Shown: positions 1-12,329, counted from the stretch's first letter. The stretch is DNA of 64,000 bases from Macrostomum lignano (GCA_002269645.1 NIVC01004429.1:1-64000), one strand, 5' to 3'. The notes: a model not told the origin generated them from the letters alone. Program-made: numbers and translations.

Positions 1-114
1 TTAATTACAATTAGGAGGCTGTTCAGAAATTCGCATTTCGAATAGATTGAAGAATAATTCTGACTCGATTTCATTCAATGTCTGGTTCTATGAGCGTATC
101 ATCTCCATTTCTAG

Positions 115-1337
115 GCCAGCTGGGCCTCGGAATCACCAAAGCTCAAGGCGGCATCGTCGAGGTGCAGGGTCTCGACGGTAAGGCAGTAACCGGCGTTGTC
201 TGCGGGCCGCGGTTCACCCTCTGCCAGTGTGCCGACAGCGAACTACTCCTGTGGGGCCTTCGAGTCCCACTGCCCGACCGGCATCCGTCGCAGCAGCATC
301 GGCAGAGGCGTCGCTCTTTTGAAAGCGTCGACTCAGATGACTCGGACGATTCCGGCGATGGCGCCGGCGGCGGGCGGTGGCGGTAGTGATGGTGGCGGTG
401 GCGGCGGCGGTAGTCGTGCAAACGGGCGCCGCGGCGCCCATCCGGAACTGCACCTGACCCCGGTGCCGATCCTGATGCTCAACAACAACCAGAAGCCCAG
501 CCCATCGTCAGCCACAGCGACGGCCGTGGAGCAGGTGAGCCTCGGCGCGGTGCTCACCCAGCGGGACAGTCTGATGGTTCAGGTGGAGACCACCGCACCG
601 GCGCCCAGCCACCGCCGGCGCACCAGCAACAGCCTCAGCGGCGGGAGCGCAGCATCTCGTCATCATCATCAAGCGCCGCGGCTAAACGGCTGCCCTCGGC
701 TCAGCGCCGCCGTCGGCGCAATCGTCGTCGTTGAGTCGGCGCCAACTGAACGGCAGCGGCGGAGCTGCGGGCGACTCTTCGGACTCGGCGCCGGAGCCGG
801 AGCCGTGCCGACCTGGGTGAAGCGCGAGTTCGAGGCCGCGCCGCACCTGCCGGCTCCGTCGGCCTCCCAGTCCAGCAAGACAATGACGTCCGTTTCGTTG
901 ACTCGCCAGACGTCAACGTCGTCGGTGGCCTCGGCCGCTGTGCGACAATGTCATCGTCGGCGTCTTCGGCGGCCCCGCTGCTGGAGGAGCTGCACGTGCT
1001 GCGCCAGGAGAAGCTGCTGGCAGAGAAGAAGCTGTCGGCCCTGGAGTCGGCCAGCCGGACGGAGGCGGAGGAGGCGCGAAATCGCGAAGCGATGCTCAGA
1101 CGGGAGCTGGACTCGCTGCGCCGGGAGCTGGCAAAACAGCAGGGCCTGCTGACAGAGAATCAGCAGGCGGTCAGCAGCCTGCAGCGCCAGTTCGGCTCGA
1201 AGCCTCAGCCGCAGCCGCAGCCGCAGCCGCAGTCAAGACTGCACTCTGCGTCTCTCTCGGCTTCTTCGTCCTCGTCATTCGCCACGGCCGCCTCGTCGTC
1301 CGAGCCAAGAAAGTCGCGAGTTTGTTCAGTCCAATAA
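115..1337 (+). CDS. Terminal exon of an RCC1-repeat protein with a C-terminal coiled coil and CaaX box (NEK8/9-like or RPGR-like architecture); two apparent frameshifts
   Basis: Splice acceptor TTTCTAG ends at 114 and is followed by the RCC1 signature GQLGLG...VVCGPRFTL...LLLWG. The coding-like frame moves from ORF 78..386 into the frame of ORF 196..1152 at the GGG run 372-374, then back into ORF 948..1337 at about 941-944. That last segment is a heptad-like coiled coil ending KSRVCSVQ*. AATAAA at 1333-1338 overlaps the stop. Confidence 0.6.
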
Positions 1338-2608
1338 AATTTGAACTGACGCCAAAAACGTGCAAAAAAACTGCTGAATTGCTACTTGCATCACTTGTCC
1401 TAGTGAGTAGCATCTTAAGTGAATTTTTTTAGTTTATTTTCACAGATACTAGAATAACTAGATGGACCACTCAGGCATAAATACTTAGTTCAGTAGCAAA
1501 GAAGAATACATAAGCTATTTTATAAAAATAAAGGCAACTGAAACGACTTTGATAAGTTTAGAAGCCCAAGCTTGCAGGTGCAAACAAACTTGCTAATTGG
1601 TTAAGCAATAATGAACATTGGCCAGTCCACTGAAATGTACATGGCAGCTTTGGGCTGGAATTCCAAGAAAGGCAATAAAAATTGGGATGGGCGCGGGGTG
1701 TGGAAGGCGGTTTAAGCGGGGGGGGGTGGGGTAAGAGCCAATAAAAAGCAATCCTTGGCTTTAAAAATACACCAAAATGCTTTTGTATAACTTGCTACTG
1801 AATTGAAAGTAGCTTACATGCAAATGTGCTGAATGGCCCATCTAGTTGTTCTAGTATCCGTGGTTTATTTTTAAATTGAAAATGTTAAAAAATGTTATTT
1901 GTCACTTTTAAAGTCGATATATAAAGTTTTCTAGTCGATCGTTGGTGTAAACCAAGTGTACATTTTGTACTTGAACCAATAGCTTCTTCAGGTTTTAAAA
2001 GGAGTTTTAAGATTTCGGCGAGGTTAAAAAAGCTTCGACCAGAATCAATATTCCCAGGAAGATCAGTACGTCCTTTGCGCTGCAGAGCATGGAAACGTGA
2101 TAACATTTTTCCTATCTTTCTTATCTTACTGAAGCTCACAAATATATATATTGAACATGCCTGTCTTAAATAATTTAATCAGGATGCGCCTCTGCGAGCT
2201 TTCACATTTGAGATATATATTTGTTTTTTTTAAAAAGCGCGTTGCTTTTTCTATTTGAGATTCGGGATGTGTCATCACATCGGCTTGTCTAATCCGGAGC
2301 CCAACGGCAGATTTGGCCTGGCAGATTGCTGACAGCTTCACGACCTTGATGAGGAAAAAGAGGGGGGGCTAAACAAGCGACAGGTGAGCAGCGGCCTCTA
2401 AATATTATAATTTTTGGAGGAGCTTATGAGGGCCATTTGCCCCGCTATTATGCAGCCCATAATTTGCAGGGAAGCGTTTCCTGAAATGCGTAAAAGCAGA
2501 TTGCAATGAATGCAAATCCAAGCACAGACAAACAACATACTACTATGAATAGCTTCATTTGCTATTCGGAAAACTAGATATTGTCTGCTTAGTTAACTAG
2601 ACATGTCA

Positions 2609-2925
2609 GGGGATTTTAGCCTAGTGGTTAGAACGTCGGACTCGCGACTTGAAGGTCGGGGGTTCGATTCCCGATCCCACTGGAACAATTTGTGTCCTTG
2701 GGCAAGACGCTTAACTCTGCATTGCTTCAGTTCACCCAGCTGCAAAATGGGTGCCAGCATTAGCTGGGGTAATTGAGGGTGTGTGGCGACCCCCCAGTCC
2801 TTGGACTGAACAGCCGTACGCAGCCTTCAGATGCGCCGCGCAATAGCTGCGGCTGAGCTCTCGGTTGCACATCTGCCAATCAATTAGGGCAGCTGTAATA
2901 AATTATTATAATATTATTATTATTA
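2609..2925 (+). mobile_element. tRNA-derived SINE with a CORE-like central domain
   Basis: A-box TAGCCTAGTGG (2617-2627) and B-box GGTTCGATTCC (2661-2671). These are followed by TGTGTCCTTGGGCAAGACGCTTAAC...CCCAGCTGCAAAATGGG (2691-2751), which resembles the CORE-SINE domain, and an (ATT)n-type tail at about 2902-2925. Confidence 0.75.
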
Positions 2926-3359
2926 AAAAATTGTTAAAACATTTCCCCTATCTTGCTAATGCCTTTTACAGTGAAACCTGGTACCCAGCGTCCTGAGCTA
3001 ACCCATCTGTCCAAAAGTACATGTGTACTTAATACTCGCCATCTCTCACAGGCCATGTTTTTGTAAACATGCCAATCAGTGCAGATGAAATAATCGTCAT
3101 AGACTTTGAAAAATATTTCTTCATCTTTGAATCCTCACAAACATTTCCTGGGGTACGAGCGTCCTCGCCAGAATTTAATTAAATCAATGAGTCTTGCAGC
3201 CCTGACTCAGAGTAACTCTTAATAATTTATAGCTCTGTCCTGCCTTGCCAGATACTGTATAACTGTCTTGTCGTGACATTTCTGACTTGGCATGGCAATG
3301 ATAGGAGATCATAGGGCGAATACTGCTTCACAACTGAATCTGCTTCTCTAAACACATCT

Positions 3360-3650
3360 TTAAACATCTCTCCTATCTCTACCTCTCTCTCATCTCTACC
3401 TCTTTCCCATCTCTACCTCTCCATATCTACGTCTCTCCCATCTCTACCTCTCCCATATCTACGTCTCTCCCATCTCTACCTCTCTCCCATCTCTACCTCT
3501 CCATATCTACGTCTCTCCCATCTCTACCTCTTCCATATCTACGAGTACTTCCTTCCATCTCTGCCTCTCTCTCATTTCTACCTCTCTCCCATTTCTACCT
3601 CTCTCCCATCTCTACCTCTCTCATTTCTACCTCCTCCCATCTCTACTTCT
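3360..3650. repeat. CT-rich minisatellite (CTCTCCCATCTCTAC-type units)
   Basis: Degenerate tandem units visible directly. Confidence 0.85.
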
Positions 3651-4120
3651 ATCCCATGCCATACCCCCTAATTTTTACACTTGTTTATCTCTCTCCCTTG
3701 TTCTGTCCTTGCGTCCAAGTGTCTGTGTCTCTTTAGCAATAAACTAATTATAGTTCGGGACAACTGCAGGCCTGCATCTTGATTTCTGCTGCACTTTTTC
3801 GCAATCCAACTGTAGCTGATCATAAATAAAGGTATCAAATTATCAGGAGAGGTCTGGCAATCTCGGTGTCATTTTGTCATGAAATAATCAGAGACCCTCT
3901 TTCTGCCTGAGTGCAGCTTTAACTATAATTCGATTTTCGATTTTACACGGCTGGTAGAAATCCGAAAACACGATTTAATCAACCTTCAACCTTCAGGTCA
4001 CGTGAAAGCAAAGCATCGTCAAGATTTTAGCCCCCCCCCCGTAGAGAAAGGCTTAAGATTCAGATTTTCTCCTATTTCTCGTAAATTATTGTGCGTCACA
4101 CTTCTAAGCTGACAAAGAGG

Positions 4121-4424
4121 TTTTAGCATCAGGGGCTTTAGCACCGGGGGCGCCAGCACCGGGGGCTTTAGCACCAGGGGCTTTAACATCAGGGGCTTTA
4201 ACATCAGGGGCTTTAGCACCAGGGGCTTTAGCACCAGGAGCGCCAGCACCGGAGCGCCAGCACCGGGGGCGCCAGCACCGGGGGCGCCAGCACCGGGGGA
4301 GCCAGCACCGGGGCGCCAGCACCGGGGGAGCCAGCACCGGGGGCGCCAGCACCGGGGGCGCCAGCACCGGGGGAGCCAGCACCGGGGCGCCAGCACCGGG
4401 GGAGCCAGCACCGGGGCGCCAGCA
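4121..4424. repeat. 15-bp minisatellite (AGCATCAGGGGCTTT grading into AGCACCGGGGGCGCC)
   Basis: About 20 tandem units; source of ORFs 4019..4411, 4104..4382 and 4228..4425. Confidence 0.95.
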
Positions 4425-4942
4425 TTTTTAGGATAACTTTAGCCGCTCATTGATTTTCCAAGGCTTCCAAACCAGCGGTTTCTAGCAATGTGTCGCCCCT
4501 GTGTCTTCACTGGATCAATATTGATTTTTGCTAATCGGGCAGGCTGGGCACACAGACAGCCCAATACGTCAATCATATGCTAGTTCAAACCTATAAATAG
4601 CCGTAATACCTGTCTGAGAATTGAGTCCTAGGCGTGAGCGGTCATAAATCATTTCAAACACATTCTTTTGTCAGAAGCCATATCTCATAATTACTTTGAA
4701 AGATTTTTTCTACTTATTGCAGAGTTCAGTTAGTGCTGATCACTTTGGGATTTCTCTGAGTCCCAGAGTGAACCGGCCAGTCAAAGGCGCCTCGATAATT
4801 TGCATATTTTTACTGACCAGAATAAAAGCACCTCCTACAAGCTATTAATAGACTTTGTAGGCTTAAAGGACACGTTGTACTTTAATTAAATGGATTAATA
4901 AATACATATTAATGCAGCTGGAACTTATCTTGTGCTAGAAAG

Positions 4943-5726
4943 GAAGCTGAGACAATCCTATTGTTGAAGCTGAGATAATCCTATAGTTGAAGCTGAGATA
5001 ATCCTATAGTTGAAGCTGAGATAATCCTATAGTTGAAGCTGAGATAATCCTACAGTTGAAGCTGAGATAATCCTATTGTTGAAGCTGAGATAATCCTACA
5101 GTTGAAGCTGAGATAATCCTATAGTTGAAGCTGAGATAATCCTACAGTTGAAGCTGAGATAATCCTATAGTTGAAGCTGAGATAATCCTATAGTTAATGC
5201 TGAGATCTATAGTTGAAGCTGAGATAATCCTACAGTTGAAGCTGAGATAATCCTATAGTTGAAGCCGAAATAATCATATAGTTGAAGCTGAGATAATCCT
5301 ATAGTTAAAGCTGAGATACTCCTACAGTTGAAGCTGAGATAATCCTATAGTTGAAGCCGAGATAATCCTATAGTTGAAGCTGAGATAATCCTACAGTTAA
5401 AGCTGAGATAATCCTACAGTTGAAGCTGAGATAATCCTACAGTTGAAGCTGAGATAATCCTATAGTTGAAGCCGAAATAATCATATAGTTGAAGCTGAGA
5501 TAATCCTATAGTTAAAGCTGAGATACTCCTACAGTTGAAGCTGAGATAATCCTACAGTTGAAGCTGAGATAATCCTACAGTTGAAGCTGAGATAATCCTT
5601 TAGTAGAAGCTGAGATAATCCTATAGTTAAAGCTGAGATAATCCTATAGTTGAAGCTGAGATAATCCTTTAGTAGAAGCTGAGATAATCCTATAGTTGAA
5701 GCTGAGATAATCCTATAGTTGAAGCT
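4943..5726. repeat. 23-bp minisatellite (GAAGCTGAGATAATCCTATAGTT)
   Basis: About 34 tandem units. Confidence 0.97.
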
Positions 5727-6094
5727 ATTTTGCGCAACTAACAATGGAGTTGAGCTGAAAAAATATAATGAGCCATTGTTGACAAACAAGAATGACAAAA
5801 AGCTACACAATAATTGTTGTCTACACTTGTTTAAGGCAGAGTAGGCATAGAGACTCACAGAGAGACACGGAGAGAGTGAGGGAGGGGTGAGAATTTCCCA
5901 GCGAATCCCAGTTAAGATGGCGTCTAGCGAATTGCAGGATTTTTAAGCTCAAGCAGGTAGAAAGTACAGCCAGGTGGAACAGACGATGATGGCAGATAAG
6001 GATAAATTTCTGAGAAACTAAAGGCATCCGATTCGTTAAAGCATTCAAAGGATCAGACGGATTGACTAAGAAGGATTTTGAAAAATTCAATTAT

Positions 6095-6345
6095 TTTCGG
6101 AGAAAACTCGGACGGAATCGGGACATTTTCGGTCACACTCGGACAATCTCAGACAGATTCGGACAAACTCGGACGAAATCGGAAATTCTCTGACAGATTC
6201 GAACAAACACGGACAGATTCTGACAAAACGAAGACGGAATAGGAAATTCTCGGACAGATTCGGACAAACACGGACAGATTCTGACAAAACGAATACGAAA
6301 TAGGAAATTATCGGACAGATTCGGACAAAACTCGAACGGACACGC
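6095..6345. repeat. Degenerate CGGACAGATT/CGGACAAA repeat immediately upstream of the globin
   Basis: Multiple imperfect copies of cggacagatt and cggacaaa. Confidence 0.7.
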
Positions 6346-6357
6346 CCAGATTTCGGC

Positions 6358-7077
6358 ATGGGATGCGCATCCTCAAACCCCAGCAACGATGGTGCCCGGC
6401 AGCGGTACTCGCCAAAAGCCGATCAGAAAGCCAACCGAGGCGTCGGGCTCGCGCAGGACGGCCACTTCAACAAGGACTCGCCGCCAGCGGACGAGCAGAA
6501 CGGCGCCGCCAACCAGCTGCAGGAGAAGCGGCTAATCTACTGCAAAGTGAAAGACGAAGAACGCGAATGGGACGACAGGTGCATACTAACACAGCAGGAG
6601 ATCTTCAAACTGTGGACGTCGTGGAATTTCGTGCACGATCGGGTGTACCGAGCCGGGGTGCACATGTTCCTGCTGCTGTTCAAGCAGCACCCAGTCCTGC
6701 TGGCCATCTTTAAACGCTTCGGCGGAGTCGAGAGCGGAGAGGGCGGCCTGGACGGCTTGCTGACCAAGGACAACCCGGATCTGAAACGGCACGCGGCCAC
6801 GGTGATGGGGCTGCTAGACGATGCCATAGTGAATCTGGACAAGTACGAGCTGGTCAAGGCTCGCCTTCACTGCACCGCTCGAACGCATCGCCAGTTTGTC
6901 GGCTTCGAGGCGCGTTTCTTCTGGCTGATGCGCGAGCCGTTCCTCGGCTCCCTGGAGGCCATCCTGGCCGAGAAGTACACGGACGCGATGAAGCAAATCT
7001 ACGAGAAGACCATCGATTGGATTCTGGGCGAGTTGTACAACGGGTTCCAGGAAGCGCCGCGAATGTCGAACGGCTAG
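6358..7077 (+). CDS. Single-exon globin, globin X/neuroglobin-like, with N-terminal MGC acylation motif, 239 aa
   Basis: Globin fold residues present: C2 Pro and CD1 Phe (HPVLLAIF), distal E7 His (LKRHAATVM), proximal F8 His (ARTHRQF) and an H helix (MKQIYEKTIDWIL). An N-terminal extension of about 70 aa begins MGCASS. Confidence 0.92.
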   Translation: MGCASSNPSNDGARQRYSPKADQKANRGVGLAQDGHFNKDSPPADEQNGAANQLQEKRLIYCKVKDEEREWDDRCILTQQEIFKLWTSWNFVHDRVYRAGVHMFLLLFKQHPVLLAIFKRFGGVESGEGGLDGLLTKDNPDLKRHAATVMGLLDDAIVNLDKYELVKARLHCTARTHRQFVGFEARFFWLMREPFLGSLEAILAEKYTDAMKQIYEKTIDWILGELYNGFQEAPRMSNG

Positions 7078-7079
7078 TC

Positions 7080-7082
7080 AGG

Positions 7083-7118
<36 letters not shown>
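7080..7118. repeat. (GA)n microsatellite
   Basis: Seen directly. Confidence 0.95.
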
Positions 7119-7300
7119 TTGCCGACTCTAACACGATCTCTATATCTAACCGGCTGGATGCACCCACTGCGTTACTGTCTATTCGTGCTGTAATATTCAT
7201 TCTAGGTACCGAAAAACACTACGCTACCTGGAAATTTCTGCTTTGCAACTTTAAAGAGTCCTGTGCTGACTTGTAAGTGTTAGTTGAGCCTCCATAGCCT

Positions 7301-8007
7301 TGAATTGTTGATTTGGCTGTGGATTGTTAAATTTGGCTTGTTTTATTGTTGAATTTGGCTTTGGATTGTCGTATTTGACATGTTGGATTGTTGAACTTAG
7401 GATTTTTGGATTTGGCTTGTTGGATTGTTGAGTTTGGCTTGTTGGATTGTTGAGTTTGGCTTGTTGGATTGTTGAGTATGGCTTGTTAGATTGTTGAGTT
7501 TGGCTTGTTGGATTGTTGAGTATGGCTTGTTAGATTGTTGAGTTTGGCTTGTTGGATTGTTGAGTTTGGCTTGTTGGACTGTTGAGTATGGCTTGTTGGA
7601 TTGTTGAGTTTGGCTTGTTGGATTGTTGAGTTTGGCTTGTTGGATTGTTGAGTTTGGCTTGTTGGATTGTTGAGTTTGGCTTGTTGGATTGTTGAGTTTG
7701 GCTTGTTGGATTGTTAGATTTTTTATTTTGGCTTGTTGGATTGTTGAATTTGGCTTGTTGGATTGTAGAATTTGGCTTGTTGGATTGTTGAATTCCGCTT
7801 GTTGGATTGTAGAATTTGGCTTGTTGGATTGTAAAAATTGGCTTCTTAGATTGTTGGATTGTTTAATTTGGCTTGTTGAATTTGGCTTGTTGGATTGTTG
7901 AATTCGGCTTGTTGAACTTGGCTTGTTGGATTGTTGAATTTGGCTTGTTGGATTGTTGAATTTGGCTTGTTGGATTGTTGAATTTGGATTTGGCTTGTTG
8001 GATTGTG
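7301..8007. repeat. 22-bp minisatellite (TTGGCTTGTTGGATTGTTGAGT)
   Basis: About 30 tandem units. Confidence 0.95.
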
Positions 8008-8744
8008 CTTGAAGTGTTGGAACCCTTGCTTGAACTTACCAGTAACCATTCACCCAGTTTGTCACCAAGAATTCACAAAAGTTCAACGCACCAAATGCAG
8101 CACTGTAAATCGATGTTGTTCGTCTATTCTTTAACAGACGATTCGCGATGCTATATAAATGACAGAGAAAAGTTTCTACGAGAAAGTGCGTGGAAATCAA
8201 TGTATGCTGTGCACTCATGTGCCCTGTATAGTGATTGCATCCAGTAGTGTCTGTATACTGTAATCTCATATTGTGTAGAATGTAGTGCTGTGTGTAAGCA
8301 AAACGGAGTTGCCCGAGTTCGCCTGTCGTTCTGGAAGGGCGATCCCGCAGCCCGAGGCGCTATATGTGACCACAGGCACCCCTCTTCAGCCCATTTCTAT
8401 CATTTTTTAGCTTAGGACCTTGACAGCAATAAATCTAGTTGTGTTAGCTAAACGAAAATTGAAACTGTCGTCCTTTTTTCGTGGCAGATGTTCACAAGCG
8501 ATTTGTTCGTTAAATTCTAGGCATCTGTCGAATGTTTAGTACAGTGCATCTGCTCTGTAGCGAAATGGGATACTGATCAACTTGTTAAGTTTCAAATTTT
8601 GTTGCATGTACAAGAAAATACTGATGTAGAGGTCAATTTGTCTCGGCTAGTCATGGCAACCAAGGGAGGAGAGTGAGAATGAAAAAAATTGAGTTAGTTG
8701 AGTCTGGCACTGCAGAATTGCATTTTAAAGTGTTGAATTTGAAG

Positions 8745-9475
8745 GCTGGGACTCTAATATTGACAGCTGGGATTCTAATATTGACAGCTGAGACTCTAAT
8801 ATTGACAGCTGGGATTCTAATATTGACAGCTGGGATTCTAATATTGACAGCTGAGACTCTAATATTGACAGCTGAGACTCTAATATTGACAGCTGAGACT
8901 CTAATATTGACAGCTGTGACTCTAATATTGACAGCTGAGACTCTAATATTAACAGCTGAGACTCTAATATTAACAGCTGAGACTCTAATATTGACAGCTG
9001 AGACTCTAATATTGACAGCTGAGACTCTAATATTAACAGCTGAGACTCTAATATTAACAGCTGAGACTCAAATATTGACAGCTGAGACTCTAATATTGAC
9101 AGGTGCGACTCTAATATTATATTGACAGCTGAGACTCTAATATTGACAGCTGAGACTCTAATATTGACAGCTAAAACTCTAATCATGACAGTTTAGACTC
9201 TAATATTGACAGCTGAGACTCTAATATTGACAGGTGAGACTCTAATATTATATTGACAGCTGAGACTCTAATATTGACAGCTGAGACTCTAATATTGACA
9301 GCTAAAACTCTAATAGTGACAGTTTAGACTCTAATATTGACAGCTAAAACTCTAATAGTGACAGTTTAGACTCTAATATTGACAGCAGAGACTCTAATAT
9401 TAACAGCTGAGACTCAAATATTGACAGCTGAGACTCTAATATTGACAGCTGAGACTCTAATATTGACAGCTGAGA
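8745..9475. repeat. 21-bp minisatellite (ACTCTAATATTGACAGCTGAG)
   Basis: About 34 tandem units; source of ORFs 8673..9125 and 8725..9186. Confidence 0.97.
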
Positions 9476-9792
9476 TTGACTGCTGTTGCTCTGAAACCGG
9501 CAGCTGGATTTGACCTGATCATCAAAAAAGCTTATACTGATTTCCCAGAAGCCGCTCTGCGTTCTCTCTCAGAATATGTAATTGAGTTCCAGTGCCATCA
9601 GGTGAGAAAGCCGCAATTGATTCTTTAATTATTGTCGCATAATTGATAGACAGAATCCCTCAATCAACCGTTGTGCACGCCACGCCATACAGGTAGATGT
9701 CTGCAGTGTAAGCTCAGAGAGATAGCTGAACAAAAATTCCTATTCGCATTTCTGTCCTTCTTATAATTATTTGCGTTGGAAGAGCTCTCAAA

Positions 9793-10201
9793 GGTAGCAT
9801 CTCACCCTGAAGGGCCACGAGGGGTAGCATCTGACCCTGAAGGGCCGTAACAGGAAGTGCCTGGCCCTGAAGTGTCAAAAGGGGTAGCATCTGACCCTGA
9901 AAAGCCACAAGGGGTAGCGCCTGACCCTGAAGTGCCACAAGGGGTAGCGCCTGACCCTGAAGTGCCACAAGGGGTAGCATCTGACCCTGAAGTGCCACAA
10001 GGGGTAGCGCCTGACCCTGAAGTGTCACAAGGGGTAGCATCTGACCCTGAAGTGCCACAAGGGGTAGCGCCTGACCCTGAAGTGTCACAAGGGGTAGCAT
10101 CTGACCCTGAAGTGCCACAAGGGGTAGCGCCTGACCCTGAAGTGTCACAAGGGGTAGCGCCTGACCCTGAAGTGCCACAAGGGGTAGCGCCTGACCCTGA
10201 A
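9793..10201. repeat. 30-bp minisatellite (GGGGTAGCGCCTGACCCTGAAGTGCCACAA)
   Basis: About 13 tandem units. Confidence 0.97.
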
Positions 10202-10690
10202 GGGCTGCAAAGGTGGCAGCTTCAGTGTCCTCGGAAGATTTCATTGGAAAATACATTATATTTTTTAAGAAAACAGAGCAGAAAAAGCAGAGCAGCGAAC
10301 ATCTCATAGCTAATCAGACAAAATACTGGCATCTTCAAAAAGCAAATCTTTGAAACAGCGCACCGCGAAGTCAAGCAGGCAAGACTTTTTCTAACTTTTC
10401 AACCCGTCCTTGTAGCGATCCGTGCACACGGAGCGCTCCGCCTCATCAAGATCTGAGTAAGCTAAGCTCAGCTTTCTTCTCTTTGTGCTTGGACGCAAAG
10501 ATGACATAGTGCTCCAATTCTACAACCAGAGTCTAAGAATAATTTGCACTAAGTTCCCAGTGCGTTTGCTTAGTACTCGTACGTTCAATGGGACACAGAC
10601 AGCTTCTTTTAGTAAGGACTCTTTTTCTAAGCCTGATAAACTTGGTTACAGAAGGCTTATACTTGTGGCCAGCTGCAATAAAACTATGCC

Positions 10691-11917
10691 AGGGAAAGCA
10701 CAGGGGAGAAGACAGGGAAGACACAGGGGAGATAACAGGAAAGGCACAAGGAAGAAGACAGGGAAGGCACAGGGGAGAAGACAGCGAAGGCACAGGGAGG
10801 AGAAGACAAGGAAAGCACAGGGGAGAAGACAGGGAAGGCACAGGGGAGATTGAAGACAGGGAAGGCACAGGGGAGAAGACAGGGAAAGCACAGGGGAGAA
10901 GACAAGGAAAGCACAGGAGGGAAGACGGAAAGCACAGGGGAGAAGACAGAGATGGCACAGGGGAGATTGAAGACAGGGAAGGCACAGGGGAGAAGACAGG
11001 GAAAGCACAGGGGATATTGAAGACAGGGAAGGCACAGAGAAGACAGGGAAGGTGCACAGGGGAGAAGACAGGGAAGGCACAGGGGAGAAGACAAGGAAAG
11101 CACAGGAGGGAAGACGGAAAGCACAGAGGAGAAGACAGGGATGGCACAGGGGAGATTGAAGACAGGGAAGGCACAGGGGAGAAGACAGGGAAAGCACAGG
11201 GGATATTGAAGACAGGGAAGGCACAGGGGAGAAGACAGGGAAGGCACAGGGGAGAAGACAGGGAAAGCACAGGGGAGATCGAAGACAGGGAAGGCACAGA
11301 GAAGACAGGGAAGGTGCACAGGGGAGAAGACAGGGAAGGCACAGGGGAGAAGACAAGGAAAGCACAGGAGGGAAGACGGAAAGCACAGAGGAGAAGACAG
11401 GGATGGCACAGGGGAGATTGAAGACAGGGAAGGCACAGAGGAGAAGACAGGGAAAGCACAGGGGAGATTGAAGACAGGGAAAGCACAGGGGATATTGAAG
11501 ACAGGGAAGGCACAGGGGAGAAGACAGGGAAAGCACAGGGGAGATTGAAGACAGGGAAGGCACAGAGAAGACAGGGAAGGTGCACAGGGGAGAAGACAGG
11601 GAAGGCACAGGGGAGATCGAAGACAGGGAAGGCACAGAGAAGACAGGGAAGGTGCACAGGGGAGAAGACAGGGAAGGCACAGGGAGAAGACAAGGAAAGC
11701 ACAGGAGGGAAGATGGAAAGCACAGAGGAGAAGACAGGGATGGCACAGGGGAGATTGAAGACAGGGAAGGCACAGGGGAGAAGACAGGGAAAGCACAGGG
11801 GAGATTGAAGACAGGGAAAGCACAGGGGATATTGAAGACAGGGAAGGCACAGGGGAGAAGACAGGGAAAGCACAGGGGAGATTGAAGACAGGGAAGGCAC
11901 AGAGAAGACAGGGAAGG
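10691..11917. repeat. Purine-rich ~23-bp satellite (GAAGACAGGGAAGGCACAGGGGA), left part
   Basis: Tandem units with higher-order variants; resumes at 16580 after the copia insertion. Confidence 0.97.
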
Positions 11918-12175
11918 TGTTAAAGATGCTATAAGTAATCGTTTATCTTAAAATAGTCAACTTTATATTTATAGTAAGTGAATCCAAGTTTTCCTTCTAG
12001 AATTTTCTATAACAGACTTCTTAATTATATCTATGGTTTTCGACTCCCTTACCTGTACCACTAAGTTTTGTTTGAGCTACGCCAGTGCTAAATTCCATGT
12101 TAACCCTTTTTTTGCTATCTTTCTCAAAACTCAATAAACGCCGATTCATTATAACTTAACAAGGCTTTCTTAATA
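11918..12175 (+). repeat. Copia 5' LTR (258 bp)
   Basis: TGTTAAAG...TTCTTAATA, with AATAAA at 12133-12138; differs from the 3' LTR by 3 substitutions and 1 indel. Confidence 0.97.
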
Positions 12176-12189
12176 GGTTATGGGCCCAG
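12176..12189 (+). promoter_or_regulatory. Primer-binding site, copia-type (internal tRNAi-Met)
   Basis: GGTTATGGGCCCAG directly abuts the 5' LTR, the same PBS as in Drosophila copia. Confidence 0.93.
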
Positions 12190-12329
12190 CACGCTTCCAC
12201 TGCGATCTACTGCAGTGTGAACAATAAAGCTGCTTCAGTGGCAGTGCGTCAGTCGGCGTGATTGTCAGGCTCTACCGTCTCTTAGAAAGTTCAAGCTCAG
12301 CAGTCCAGTTGTGCTGGTGGATCGACACG

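Noticed and set aside
2609-2682. Functional tRNA gene
   Set aside because: The anticodon and acceptor stems pair poorly, and the sequence continues into a CORE-like SINE body.
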